A DNA stretch of 64,000 nucleotides from a virus. The DNA is taken from positions 1-64,000 of the IMG/VR virus record IMGVR_UViG_3300034175_000063. The stretch is one strand, 5' to 3'. The notes beneath the pieces were generated by a model. That model was not told the DNA's origin and ran no database searches. It was given only the letters and a program-made list of their open reading frames with translations. Below, piece after piece: positions 9,115 to 19,122 of this stretch. A program made the position numbers and the translations under genes. Each line of letters starts with the position of its first letter. Position 1 is the stretch's first letter.

Positions 9115-9170
9115 GGCGCGTCGCCGCGCTTGGCGAACCTGCAGTTACATCCAACAACCCAGAGGAAATT

Positions 9171-10379
9171 ATGCGTTTACCTTATGACCAGATCGACCGC
9201 TCAGTGCCGGTCGACTACCCAGCACTCAACAAGCTGCTCGACAAGGCCAAAGTAGCGTTGATGGTCAATGCGAACAGTGCGTTTTTCACGACGATCTTGT
9301 TCAGCATGAAATTCATGTGGGACGAGAGCTGCAAAACCGCATGGACCACCGGTCTGCGGCTGGGTTTCTCCCCACATTTCTTCCTCTGGCTTACCCCGGA
9401 GGAGCGTGTGTTTGTCCTGGTGCACGAGTGCTGCCACCCGGCCTACATGCACATCGACCCGTTCCGCAAAGGTGTCCGTAACCACTACACCTGGAACAGC
9501 GCCGGAGATCATGTTATCAACCTGATGCAGATAGCTCAGGGCTACGTCATGCCACCGATCGGCTTGGCTGATCCGCGCTTCGCCGGCATGGCTACCGAGC
9601 AGGTCTACAACACCTTGATGGCAGAACAAGCTCAGGGCTCGCCGGCGCCGGACCTTGGCGACATGGAAGACATTCGGGATCCAGGTGATGAGGCCGGCCC
9701 CGACGGCAACAAGATGAAGAAGGAAGACGTCAAGCGTGCGCTCGATGACATCCTCATCCGGGCACAGGTTGAGTCACGCATGCAAGGCGACGCACCTGGA
9801 TCCATTCCCGGTGAGATCGAGCTCTATCTCGACAAGCTGCTCAATCCGAAACTGCCATGGCAGCAGATCCTGCGCAAGTGGCTCAAGGAGCTGGGCAAGT
9901 ACGACTACAGCTTCAAGAAGCCCAACCGTCGTTTCTTCCCGCAGTATTACCTGCCGTCGTTGTGGAGCGAAGGCGCCATGGTCGACTTCCAGGCATGGGT
10001 CGACATCTCCGGATCGGAAACCGATGAGGACTTCCTGCGTTTCATCTCCGAGCTGCACGGCATCTTGAAGATGATGATGCCCAAGAAGATCGAGCTCGGC
10101 CAGTTCGATACCTGCATCAAGTCGATCACCACGGTGAAAAACGTGATGGACCTGGCCAACGTAAAATTTCACGGCCGTGGCGGCACGCGCATCACTGATG
10201 TGCTTGACCACATCGAGAAGACCAAGCCGAAAGTGGCCATGATCTTCAGCGATGGAGGCTTCCATCACGATCGCACCGGTGTCAAAGGTGTCAACGTGCT
10301 CTGGATGATCCACGACAACCCGAACTGGACCGCGCCTTTCGGCAAGGTCGTCCACTACAACACGTTCGACAAGGACTGA
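9171..10379 (+). CDS. Metallopeptidase-like (HExxH) plus C-terminal vWA-like protein (N4 gp25-like)
   Basis: FVLVHECCH, WNSAGDHVIN, MIDAS-like VDISGS, GRGGT, IFSDG. Confidence 0.85.
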   Translation: MRLPYDQIDRSVPVDYPALNKLLDKAKVALMVNANSAFFTTILFSMKFMWDESCKTAWTTGLRLGFSPHFFLWLTPEERVFVLVHECCHPAYMHIDPFRKGVRNHYTWNSAGDHVINLMQIAQGYVMPPIGLADPRFAGMATEQVYNTLMAEQAQGSPAPDLGDMEDIRDPGDEAGPDGNKMKKEDVKRALDDILIRAQVESRMQGDAPGSIPGEIELYLDKLLNPKLPWQQILRKWLKELGKYDYSFKKPNRRFFPQYYLPSLWSEGAMVDFQAWVDISGSETDEDFLRFISELHGILKMMMPKKIELGQFDTCIKSITTVKNVMDLANVKFHGRGGTRITDVLDHIEKTKPKVAMIFSDGGFHHDRTGVKGVNVLWMIHDNPNWTAPFGKVVHYNTFDKD

Positions 10380-10381
10380 AA

Positions 10382-10720
10382 ATGACCACCCTCAACACCA
10401 AAGACCTGAAGCCGGGCGACGTCATTCGTCTCCCTGGCTTTATCTACGCGACGCCGTATGGCTTCATCACCCATGCTGGCCACGCCATGCCCGACTGGAT
10501 CGTGATCGGCGAACACGAGATCGTCTTCACCATACCGGAAGGCTTCAACGCCGTCGCGGCTGCGGTGGCCATGGTCGACAACGCCATGGAAAAAGAGCGT
10601 GCCGAGCACACCCAAAAGATGCAGCAGCTGGCTGAGAAAAAAGCCGAGCTCCTGCAGATCACCTACGAAGGCGCCCAGGTACTGGACGCCGAAATGATTT
10701 TCGAGGACAAAACAAAATGA
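10382..10720 (+). CDS. Hypothetical protein
   Basis: Operon packing; AAGGA upstream. Confidence 0.65.
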   Translation: MTTLNTKDLKPGDVIRLPGFIYATPYGFITHAGHAMPDWIVIGEHEIVFTIPEGFNAVAAAVAMVDNAMEKERAEHTQKMQQLAEKKAELLQITYEGAQVLDAEMIFEDKTK

Positions 10721-12045
10721 CCACTTTCGATCCCAATCGTTTCGACGATGACGAAGAGGAATTCATCAGCGACGTGCCAGATATACCACCTGTGCCGGCC
10801 GCCATCCCCTTCGCATTGAGCGATGATCAGGAGGCGGCCAAGGAAATGTTCGTCAATTTCCTGCTCAACCCGGAAGAGCAGGTGCTGGTCCTGCAGGGTT
10901 ACGCCGGCACGGGCAAGTCCACGCTGGTGAAGACCCTCATGGACAACATGCCCAAGTACCTGAAGATGGCCAGGGTAGTCAACCCGTCCATGTTCGAGTA
11001 CCAGGTGCAGCTGACGGCCACGACCAACAAGGCGGCCGAGGCACTGGCCCAGATTACTGGCATGGAAGTGCGGACCATTCACAGCTTTCTTGGCTTGCGC
11101 GTGGTGAAGGATCCACGTACCGGCCAGAGCGAGCTGTTCCCGCGCGATCACACGCCCGAGTTTGGCTACATCCTGATCATCGACGAAGCCAGCATGATCG
11201 ACAGCAAGCTGTTGAGCATCATCTTCGACAAGACGACGAACTGCAAGATCATGTTCATCGGCGATCCTGCCCAGCTGCCACCGGTCAAGTACACGACCAC
11301 GCCGGTGTTCAATGCCGGCTTCAAGACAGCCAGGCTGGAAAAGGTCATGCGTCAGGCCGAAGGCAATCCGATCATTCAGCTGGCCACGCAGTTCCGCGAG
11401 ACAGTCACCACCGGGATCTGGACCAAGTTCAAGCCCGACGGCCACCACATCGTCCACATGGACCGCAGCGATTTTGAAGACCTCATCATCGCCGAGTTCA
11501 CGCGGTCGGACTGGCGCCACCGTGACAGCAAGGTGCTGGGCTGGCGCAATGAGACGGTGCTGAACTACAATCACGCGATCAACAAGCAGATCTCGGGGAC
11601 GCCGCATTTCGCCGAGGGCGATTATGCAGTCTGCAACAAGTACGTTCAGTGTGGGAAGAACGGCATCAAGACGGATCAGATGGTCTACATCACCACGATC
11701 GAGCCCGATGTTGAATACAAGGGCGTTGTCGGTAACTGGGTGACGTTGGACTACATGAACCGTGTGTTCTTCCCCCGCTCGCTGGCCGCCAAGAACGAAC
11801 GCATCAAGCAGGCCAAGGCCCACGACGAGATCAGCTTGCTGATGGAGATCGAGGACCGCTGGATCGACTTGCGTGCGGCCTTCGCCCAAACCATCAACAA
11901 GAGCCAGGGCAGCACCTACGACAAGGTGTTCATCGACCTCGATGACGTGGCCCGCTGCAACCTGGGTGACCAGATTGCCCGCCTCATGTATGTCGGCGTG
12001 TCGCGTGCCCGGTACTTTGTCTACCTGACGGGGGACTTTGGATAA
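10717..12045 (+). CDS. SF1B (Dda/RecD-like) DNA helicase
   Basis: GYAGTGKS, TIHSFL, IIDEASM, GDPAQLPPV, VMRQ, TINKSQGSTY, YVGVSRAR. Confidence 0.92.
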   Translation: MTTFDPNRFDDDEEEFISDVPDIPPVPAAIPFALSDDQEAAKEMFVNFLLNPEEQVLVLQGYAGTGKSTLVKTLMDNMPKYLKMARVVNPSMFEYQVQLTATTNKAAEALAQITGMEVRTIHSFLGLRVVKDPRTGQSELFPRDHTPEFGYILIIDEASMIDSKLLSIIFDKTTNCKIMFIGDPAQLPPVKYTTTPVFNAGFKTARLEKVMRQAEGNPIIQLATQFRETVTTGIWTKFKPDGHHIVHMDRSDFEDLIIAEFTRSDWRHRDSKVLGWRNETVLNYNHAINKQISGTPHFAEGDYAVCNKYVQCGKNGIKTDQMVYITTIEPDVEYKGVVGNWVTLDYMNRVFFPRSLAAKNERIKQAKAHDEISLLMEIEDRWIDLRAAFAQTINKSQGSTYDKVFIDLDDVARCNLGDQIARLMYVGVSRARYFVYLTGDFG

Positions 12046-12488
12046 TGGCCAACGTGACCCCACCGATCTGCCCGTACTGCCAGGCAGCTTCGGTGCCGGC
12101 CACCGGGAAGGAGATCTACCCGCACAGGCGTGACCTGTTCGAGAAACGCTTCTTCTGGTGCGTCCCATGTGATGCCTATGTCGGCACTCACAATCGCACC
12201 GGCGAGCCGTTCGGCACCTTGGCCAACGCCTACCTCCGGAAGCTCCGCAGTCTCGCCCATGCCACCTTCGACCGCTTATGGAAAGAGGAGGGCTACGACC
12301 GCACCGCAGCCTACCTCATGCTCGCACAAGGGATGAACATCCCCTTTGAGAGCTGCCATATCGCCATGTTCAACAACGCCGATTGTCGGCGTGCCGTTGA
12401 TCTGGTCAACTCGAAGGAGATTTACCGCTATGACCCTCAACGCCAGGCTCGACCCCAAGACGAAGCAGGCCATCAAGAGAAATCTTGA
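12045..12488 (+). CDS. Zinc-finger protein (DUF3268-like)
   Basis: CPYC...CVPCDAYVGTH...GTLAN...AH..FD...CHIAMF. Confidence 0.75.
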   Translation: MANVTPPICPYCQAASVPATGKEIYPHRRDLFEKRFFWCVPCDAYVGTHNRTGEPFGTLANAYLRKLRSLAHATFDRLWKEEGYDRTAAYLMLAQGMNIPFESCHIAMFNNADCRRAVDLVNSKEIYRYDPQRQARPQDEAGHQEKS

Positions 12489-12954
12489 AGGCACGATTTA
12501 CGATAACACCCGGCGCCGGGAGCAGACCAAGCTGCAGGCCATCAGCACCAAGAACATGGTGCTGTGCCAGTTCCCGCACAACTCGTTCAGCTACAAGGGC
12601 GAGTATTACAATTTCGAGCCGGAACCCTTGCGCTACAAGAATCAACGCCTCATGGCCGAGCTTCAACCGCTCATGGACGCCTGGCTGGCCGACAAGAAGC
12701 ACGTCGAGTTCACCGAGGCGCCCTTCATCAACGGCCTGTTCAACAAAGTGCTCAACACCAGCAACAGCATTGAAGATTATCTCCTGCTGCTGCCTGAGTG
12801 CATGCACCGGTCCATCCGAATCCTGGAGCTGCCGGCCGAGGCCATGCTGCCCCGCGAGCTGAGCGACGATCGGGTAACCGAGTTCAAGAACGCCCACGCC
12901 GACTGGATCCTGATGCTGAAGAAGCGGATGATCCTCGACCTGGTAACCACGTAG
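12430..12954 (+). CDS. Hypothetical protein preceding the DNA polymerase (N4 gp38-like position)
   Basis: Start MTLNARLD after AAGGAG; position typical of N4-like genomes. Confidence 0.7.
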   Translation: MTLNARLDPKTKQAIKRNLEGTIYDNTRRREQTKLQAISTKNMVLCQFPHNSFSYKGEYYNFEPEPLRYKNQRLMAELQPLMDAWLADKKHVEFTEAPFINGLFNKVLNTSNSIEDYLLLLPECMHRSIRILELPAEAMLPRELSDDRVTEFKNAHADWILMLKKRMILDLVTT

Positions 12955-12966
12955 AAAGGAAGCACA

Positions 12967-15663
12967 ATGCGTCACCATTTATTCGAGCCGTCGGTTGACG
13001 GCAACTACCGCGTCGCTCTGCTCATGAAAGGCACCGCCTTCAAGAAGGACGAGTTGCAAAAAAACTACGTTTCAAAGTTGGCCGCGCACGGTTTAACATC
13101 GAATAACGTTGTCGCTTTCACATTGGAGTACAATTCGCTTGGGAAGGCTCCTGTGAAGCATATCAAGGAATACCTTGAGTTGCTGCTTCCGGAGCTGAAC
13201 TCCCTCAAAACCGAGTACCTCTATTGCTCGGACAGCAACTTCTTCAAGGTGCTGGTCGGCCAAACCAAGGCTGACATCCACGCTGGCTACGTCCTCCCCT
13301 GCAGTATCAAGGGCTTCGAGCACATGAAAGTCGTGCTGGGCCTGAACTACAACCAGCTGATCTACGACCCATCCCTGTCCGTCCGGCTCGATGCCAGCTT
13401 GTTTGCCCTGGCTTCCCACGCCGTCGGCAGCTATGCAGCCCCCGGCACCGGGATCATCCAGCAGGCAATCTACCCAGAAGCCCTCAGTTCGATCCAGGCG
13501 ACCTTAAACGCCCTGCACGACTACCCAGTGCTGGCCGCGGACATCGAAGCCTTCTCGCTGCGTTTTAACGAGGCTGGCATCGGTACGATCGCTTTCGCCC
13601 CCGACATGGGCCGGTTTGTCGCCTTCGCTTGCGACTACAAGCCCAACACCATGGCTCTGGCTGGCGTAGCGGGCCAGGAGGAGCGTCGCAAGGAGCACGG
13701 CAGGTTCGTGCCCAACCCGGCCGTCCGGGCCGCCCTGAAGGCGTTTTTCACGTCCTACAAGGGCCGTCTGATCTGGCATAGCGCCGGCTACGACGTCAAA
13801 GTGATCATTTACACCCTCTGGATGAATGGTCCGGACGATACGGCCGGTCTGCTTGAGGGACTGGAAATCATGTACCGGTTGGAAGGTCATGGCATCGACG
13901 ACACCAAGATCATCACCTACCTGGCCACAAACTCCACTGCGGGCAACACCCTGGGCCTGAAAGCCAATGCCCAAGAGTTCGCCGGCAACTGGGGCAAGGA
14001 AGACATCAAGGACATCAAGCTGATCCCGCTCCCCGAGCTGCTGCAGTACAACGGGGTGGACTGCTTGTCGACCAACTTCGTCCATGCCAAGTATTGGGGC
14101 CGCATGGTCGCTGACCAGCAGCTGGACCTGTATCACGACTTCATGCTGCCGAGCCAGAAGGTGATCACCCAGATCGAGCTGACCGGCATGCCGATGAGCC
14201 GGGCCAAGATCGACGAGATCGAGGTCAAGCTGACCGCCATCGACACCGCCTTCCAGGCGGTTGTACGCAAGCAGCCGATCGTCGCCAGGTTTGAAGCCTG
14301 GAAGACGGACCAGTTGTGGCAGAAGGACTACGAGGAACGCCGCGACAAAGCCAAGAATCCTGACAAGATCCTGCCGAAGGACCGGGCCGCATTCCCGCAG
14401 CACGTTTTCAATCCGGGCTCGGGGCCGCAGCTGCAGATCCTGCTGTACGACATGCTCGGGCTGCCAGTGGTGGACACCACCGAGACTGGTCTGCCGTCCA
14501 CCGGCGAAGATACCCTGACCAAGCTGCTCGATCACCCGATCGGTGTGGCCAACAAGGCACTGATCGAAGCATTGATCGGTATCAGCCAGGTCAGCACCAT
14601 CCTGTCCACGTTCGTGCCGGCATTCAAGCGGGCCATCGACCGTGACGGCAGCGGCATCGTCTGGCTCCACGGGAACTTCAACGTGGGTGGGACAGTCTCG
14701 GGCCGGCTCAGCTCATCCGATCCGAACCTGCAGAACATCCCAGCGAAGAGCATCTTCGCCAAGCTGATCAAGGAAGCCTTCATGGGTCCGGCCGGATGGG
14801 TCTTCGCCGGCGCCGACTTCAACTCGCTTGAGGACATGATCTCGGCCTTGACCACCAAGGATCCAAACAAGCTGAAGGTCTACACCGACGGCTTCGATGG
14901 ACACTGCCTGCGCGCGGCGTACTACTACCGTGACCAGCTGATGCACATCGACGTGAACGATCCAGTGTCGGTGAACAGCATCAAGAAGACGCACGAGGAT
15001 CTGCGTCAGGAATCGAAGATCCCTACCTTCGCCCTGACGTACCAAGGCACCTACCACACCCTGATGAAAAATCTGGGCTGGCCACAGGAGAAGGCTCAAC
15101 GCATCGAGCTCAACTACCACCAGATGTATGTGGTGTCCGACCAGTATGTGCAAGGCAAGCTGAAGGATGCAACCGTCACCGGCTACGTTACCGTGGCCTT
15201 CGGCCTGCGTGTCCGGACGCCGCTGCTGGGCCAGACGATCTGGGGTGCAGCACGCACCCCATACCAGGCCGCGGCCGAAGGTCGCACTGCCGGCAACGCG
15301 CTCGGCCAGTCCTACTGCATGTTGACCAGCCGATCCATGATCGACTTCATGCAGAAAGTCTGGAAGTCGCCGTACCGGCTCGACATCAAGCCATGCGCAA
15401 TGATCCACGACGCCAACTATGTGCTGTTCCGGGAAGATCCGGTCATCGCAGAATGGGTGAACCGTGAGCTGATCATCAGCATGCAATGGCAGAAGCTGCC
15501 GGAGATCCAGCACCCGACCGTGAAGCTCGGCGCCGCGCTGGAGATCTTCTGGCCAAGCTGGGCAAACGCCATCACCTTGCCGAACGGTGCCACTGCCGAC
15601 GAGATCGTGGCCGTGTGCGTCAAGGCCAAGCACGACTACCTCAATCCGAAACCGAAACCATAG
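12967..15663 (+). CDS. DNA polymerase, family A (N4-type) with 3'-5' exonuclease domain
   Basis: Exo motifs ADIE, YDV, YNGVD; SGRLSSSDPNLQNIP; motif A ADFNSLE; motif B RQESKIPTFALTYQG; motif C IHDA. Confidence 0.95.
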   Translation: MRHHLFEPSVDGNYRVALLMKGTAFKKDELQKNYVSKLAAHGLTSNNVVAFTLEYNSLGKAPVKHIKEYLELLLPELNSLKTEYLYCSDSNFFKVLVGQTKADIHAGYVLPCSIKGFEHMKVVLGLNYNQLIYDPSLSVRLDASLFALASHAVGSYAAPGTGIIQQAIYPEALSSIQATLNALHDYPVLAADIEAFSLRFNEAGIGTIAFAPDMGRFVAFACDYKPNTMALAGVAGQEERRKEHGRFVPNPAVRAALKAFFTSYKGRLIWHSAGYDVKVIIYTLWMNGPDDTAGLLEGLEIMYRLEGHGIDDTKIITYLATNSTAGNTLGLKANAQEFAGNWGKEDIKDIKLIPLPELLQYNGVDCLSTNFVHAKYWGRMVADQQLDLYHDFMLPSQKVITQIELTGMPMSRAKIDEIEVKLTAIDTAFQAVVRKQPIVARFEAWKTDQLWQKDYEERRDKAKNPDKILPKDRAAFPQHVFNPGSGPQLQILLYDMLGLPVVDTTETGLPSTGEDTLTKLLDHPIGVANKALIEALIGISQVSTILSTFVPAFKRAIDRDGSGIVWLHGNFNVGGTVSGRLSSSDPNLQNIPAKSIFAKLIKEAFMGPAGWVFAGADFNSLEDMISALTTKDPNKLKVYTDGFDGHCLRAAYYYRDQLMHIDVNDPVSVNSIKKTHEDLRQESKIPTFALTYQGTYHTLMKNLGWPQEKAQRIELNYHQMYVVSDQYVQGKLKDATVTGYVTVAFGLRVRTPLLGQTIWGAARTPYQAAAEGRTAGNALGQSYCMLTSRSMIDFMQKVWKSPYRLDIKPCAMIHDANYVLFREDPVIAEWVNRELIISMQWQKLPEIQHPTVKLGAALEIFWPSWANAITLPNGATADEIVAVCVKAKHDYLNPKPKP

Positions 15664-15671
15664 GAGGCCAC

Positions 15672-15881
15672 ATGGCCAGTTACACAATGATCGTCACGTT
15701 CGACGCTAACAACGTCGACATGGCCCTGGCCGTGCAGTCCGAGATATACAACGGCATGCAGGATGCAATCGACAGTGGCGAGATCGAAGGCGTGGAGTTC
15801 TTCACGACTGAAGAGCCCATGGTCAAGTGCAAGCGTCCCCCGGAAGGGGTTGATCCATTTCCACCAGAGGTGAAAGCATGA
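15672..15881 (+). CDS. Hypothetical protein
   Basis: Start MASYTM after AGGAGG. Confidence 0.7.
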   Translation: MASYTMIVTFDANNVDMALAVQSEIYNGMQDAIDSGEIEGVEFFTTEEPMVKCKRPPEGVDPFPPEVKA

Positions 15882-16129
15882 TTCAACTGAGTTTGGTCCC
15901 CGAAGAGGATCTCACCATCGACGGCCGCGCCGTCATCGAAGATCAGGATGGCAACATGGTAGCCCTGGTTGAAGAGCGCAAGGATGCAGTCGAGATCGTG
16001 AACGCATGCCGCGTCTACGATTCCTGGCTGAAGACCATGCTGTGGATCCATAACAACCCCGGCGTACATCAGAACAATATTCGTACCCAGGTGGCGGCCG
16101 ACCTGAAGGAAGCGGGCCTACTACCATGA
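15878..16129 (+). CDS. Hypothetical protein
   Basis: ATGA overlap; GAGG upstream. Confidence 0.65.
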   Translation: MIQLSLVPEEDLTIDGRAVIEDQDGNMVALVEERKDAVEIVNACRVYDSWLKTMLWIHNNPGVHQNNIRTQVAADLKEAGLLP

Positions 16130-16404
16130 AGACCTTCGCCACCAAAATCAATGACATCCCTTGCACGGTTGTGGTCACGCATTACGCGCCGGCCATTCCG
16201 GACAAGGTGTCTGGTCCCATGGAAGACGCCGAGGAGGGTAGCGACGTCGAGTTCGAGTTTTATCTGCTCGACGATCGCAACATCCGCGCCCCCTGGCTTT
16301 ACCGCCAGGTCACCGAAGCAGATTTCAATCGCATCCTGGATGAGTTTGAAATCACCCTGCTGGAAGAGAAGCACCTTTACGGAGCTGACGACCATGACCG
16401 ATAA
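16126..16404 (+). CDS. Hypothetical protein
   Basis: ATGA overlap. Confidence 0.65.
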   Translation: MKTFATKINDIPCTVVVTHYAPAIPDKVSGPMEDAEEGSDVEFEFYLLDDRNIRAPWLYRQVTEADFNRILDEFEITLLEEKHLYGADDHDR

Positions 16405-16633
16405 AAACTGCACCATCTGCAACAAGCCGATCGTCCTCGTGCCGTCGGCAGCCGAACGTGCTGCCAAAGACCTGGCCGGCAAATCGGCCAGCTATTACAC
16501 CAGCCTGTTCACCACCCACAGTGAATGTGCTGTAGCGCAGCGTAGTGAACAAGCCCGCCAGCTCATGGTTTCAGGCCAACACAAGGCGGCCAACTACGTT
16601 CATCCACACCTCAATACCGACTCACTCGAATAG
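16394..16633 (+). CDS. Hypothetical protein with CxxC
   Basis: MTDKNCTICNKP; GGAG upstream. Confidence 0.6.
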   Translation: MTDKNCTICNKPIVLVPSAAERAAKDLAGKSASYYTSLFTTHSECAVAQRSEQARQLMVSGQHKAANYVHPHLNTDSLE

Positions 16634-16644
16634 AAGGAATCACC

Positions 16645-19113
16645 ATGCAAGTTGCACACCAACAGGACCACATCACCCACGCTGTTATCGGAGGCGCGGC
16701 AACCATCGACTTCGGTATCAGCAGCAGCGCCGAGTTCTTCAACATCCTGTCCAGCACGCTGTACAAGGACCAGATCCTCGCCGTGGTGCGTGAAGTCCTG
16801 TGCAACGCATGGGATGCCCACATCGAAGCCGGCATCATCGACCGTGCGGTCGAGATCACCCTGCTCGAAGACAAGTTCACCATCCGTGACTTCGGCACCG
16901 GTATTCACCGCAATGACATGGGCCAGATCTACGGCACCTATGGCAACAGCACGAAGAAGAACGACGGTCAGCAGACGGGCGGCTTCGGCCTCGGCTGCAA
17001 AGCACCGTTCGCCTACACCGACCACTTCGAGGTGATCTCCCACCACGACGGCGTACGCACGATCTACAACCTGAGCAAGTCGTCGGCCGCCGCCCGCGGC
17101 AAGCCGGGCATCGTCCCGATCGCTTCGTTCCCAACGACGGAATCGGGCCTGCAGGTGTCGATCGACATCCACAACGCCACCGACTTCAAACGCTTCCAGC
17201 GTCTCGTGCGTCGTATCGCTCGCAATGGCGACATGAACATGAAGGTGAACGGCGATCAGATCAGCAAGCTCGGCTTCGACACCGTTGAATCGAACTACCT
17301 GATCACGCTGGACCAGCAGCAAGAAATCATGGACGCCGATGGCCAACGTATCATGGTCCGCTACGGCAATGTGATCTACCCGGTTGACCGGGCCGGCTCC
17401 ATTTCTCTTGGCTTCGACCAGGTGGTCGGTCACCTCGACAAGCTGAAGGTCGGCCACAGCCGTTCGTACTCGATCATCTTCCAGGCACCGCCGCACTCCA
17501 TCTCGGTCACCCCGAGCCGGGAATCGCTGTCGATGCAAGAGCACACCGTTGCAACGCTGAACGGTTTGTTTGCTGGCTTCATGGAAGAGGTCAATGGTGG
17601 CTTCGTTCCGGCCTGTCACGCCTACGCGGAAATGGCAGTAAAGATGGCCGTGGCCCAAACCATGCGCAAAGATCTGCTGTCGCGCGAATGTAAGCTGCCG
17701 TACGTCATGGACAAAAGCACGCCGAACAAGATCAGTGATTTGGTGACCATGGCACGTCGCTACATGGAGTCGAACTACCCAAGTGGTTTGGCCTTCCGCA
17801 AGAAGGACATCACCTGGCGCCTCGAAGGCATGGCCGCGTCTGGCCAGCTGGACCGTGGCATGGTGCAGACCTTCATGCGTGAGCTGGCCAACGTGACGAC
17901 GACGAAGAACTGCGACGAGTGGGACTTCCCGAAAGAGCAGCGGACCATGTGGCTGCAGCGGCACGTCATCGCCCCGATCATCAACAAGATGGGCAAGGCT
18001 GGCATCGACTACACCCGGCTGTACGTTCTCGACAAAGAGGACACGCGGGTGCCGGACAACTACTACTACAAGGACAAGGAGCCAATCGCTTTGGCCACTG
18101 ACGCTCGGCCAATGCATTTGTTCAACACGCTGCCGTACATGCGCAAGATCGTGGTGGTCAGCACCTCGGCGAAGGGTATCCATGATCGCGCCAAGCGGCA
18201 TGATGTGCTCAAGACCCTGGGCACCGAGCATGGCTACCTGTTCTTCAAAGCCAGCATGAAAAAGAAGGAGCGTGAAACGGAGCTCGCCTTCTTCAAGGCA
18301 CTCGGCATGGTCGTGGTCGACCTCACATTCCGTCAGGAGTGGGAAGCTTCACCATCGCGCTCGAGCGGTCCCCGCAAACCAGCAAGGAAAGGATTGCCGT
18401 CACTGAAAGCGATGAAGCTGAGCGATGGCTCGGTCGACACGCAGCAGGTTAAGCAGGACACCGTTCTGCGTATCGTTAATCCGGAATTCTCGGTGTGCGT
18501 GTCACTGCGCAAAGAGAACCCCTCCAGCATGCTGGGCCGGTTCGATGGCAAGTGCACGTCGCACATCATTGACTTATGGGGCGACAAAGGCGTCATCATC
18601 AACAACTCAACGTTGCATGAGAAGGCCATCAAGGCCGGCGCCATGGAGCTCGAAGCCTATGTGGAAAAGAAGGTCGTTGAAGTCATGCTCAACAGCCCAC
18701 GGATCCTCGAATACTGGGCTTTTGATCGTCAACGTGCGTGTGACCACTTCACGGTTTATAGCGATGAGGCGGCCGAGATGATCAAGGTCGTCTACAACAG
18801 TGAGCTGCTGCGCAACCAGTTCCAGCTGGTGAACAACCTCACCGACGACGAGAAGAAGATCATCCCGTTGTACCGTACGTTGCAGCAGCTGCAGCGTTAT
18901 GGCCTGTCGGCCGAAATGAAGGCGGTTGAAAAACTGCTGGCCGACGTGCCGATTGATCCTCTCAACGGTGTGCTCATCGAGAAGTTCCGGCACCCTAATC
19001 CGCTGCTTGCGGTGTTTGATAAAAAAGCCCTTACCCGCATGCTGCGCAAGGCTAGTCCTACCAGCCCACAAATCATAAAGATGACCCAGATCCTGGCCAT
19101 CGCCCTTAACTAA
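16645..19113 (+). CDS. rIIA: rIIA-like protein (N-terminal GHKL/HATPase domain)
   Basis: LYKDQILAVVREVLCNAWDAH, IRDFGTGI, YGNSTK, GGFGLGCKAPFAYTD; precedes the rIIB-like gene. Confidence 0.9.
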   Translation: MQVAHQQDHITHAVIGGAATIDFGISSSAEFFNILSSTLYKDQILAVVREVLCNAWDAHIEAGIIDRAVEITLLEDKFTIRDFGTGIHRNDMGQIYGTYGNSTKKNDGQQTGGFGLGCKAPFAYTDHFEVISHHDGVRTIYNLSKSSAAARGKPGIVPIASFPTTESGLQVSIDIHNATDFKRFQRLVRRIARNGDMNMKVNGDQISKLGFDTVESNYLITLDQQQEIMDADGQRIMVRYGNVIYPVDRAGSISLGFDQVVGHLDKLKVGHSRSYSIIFQAPPHSISVTPSRESLSMQEHTVATLNGLFAGFMEEVNGGFVPACHAYAEMAVKMAVAQTMRKDLLSRECKLPYVMDKSTPNKISDLVTMARRYMESNYPSGLAFRKKDITWRLEGMAASGQLDRGMVQTFMRELANVTTTKNCDEWDFPKEQRTMWLQRHVIAPIINKMGKAGIDYTRLYVLDKEDTRVPDNYYYKDKEPIALATDARPMHLFNTLPYMRKIVVVSTSAKGIHDRAKRHDVLKTLGTEHGYLFFKASMKKKERETELAFFKALGMVVVDLTFRQEWEASPSRSSGPRKPARKGLPSLKAMKLSDGSVDTQQVKQDTVLRIVNPEFSVCVSLRKENPSSMLGRFDGKCTSHIIDLWGDKGVIINNSTLHEKAIKAGAMELEAYVEKKVVEVMLNSPRILEYWAFDRQRACDHFTVYSDEAAEMIKVVYNSELLRNQFQLVNNLTDDEKKIIPLYRTLQQLQRYGLSAEMKAVEKLLADVPIDPLNGVLIEKFRHPNPLLAVFDKKALTRMLRKASPTSPQIIKMTQILAIALN

Positions 19114-19122
19114 GGAAACCCC

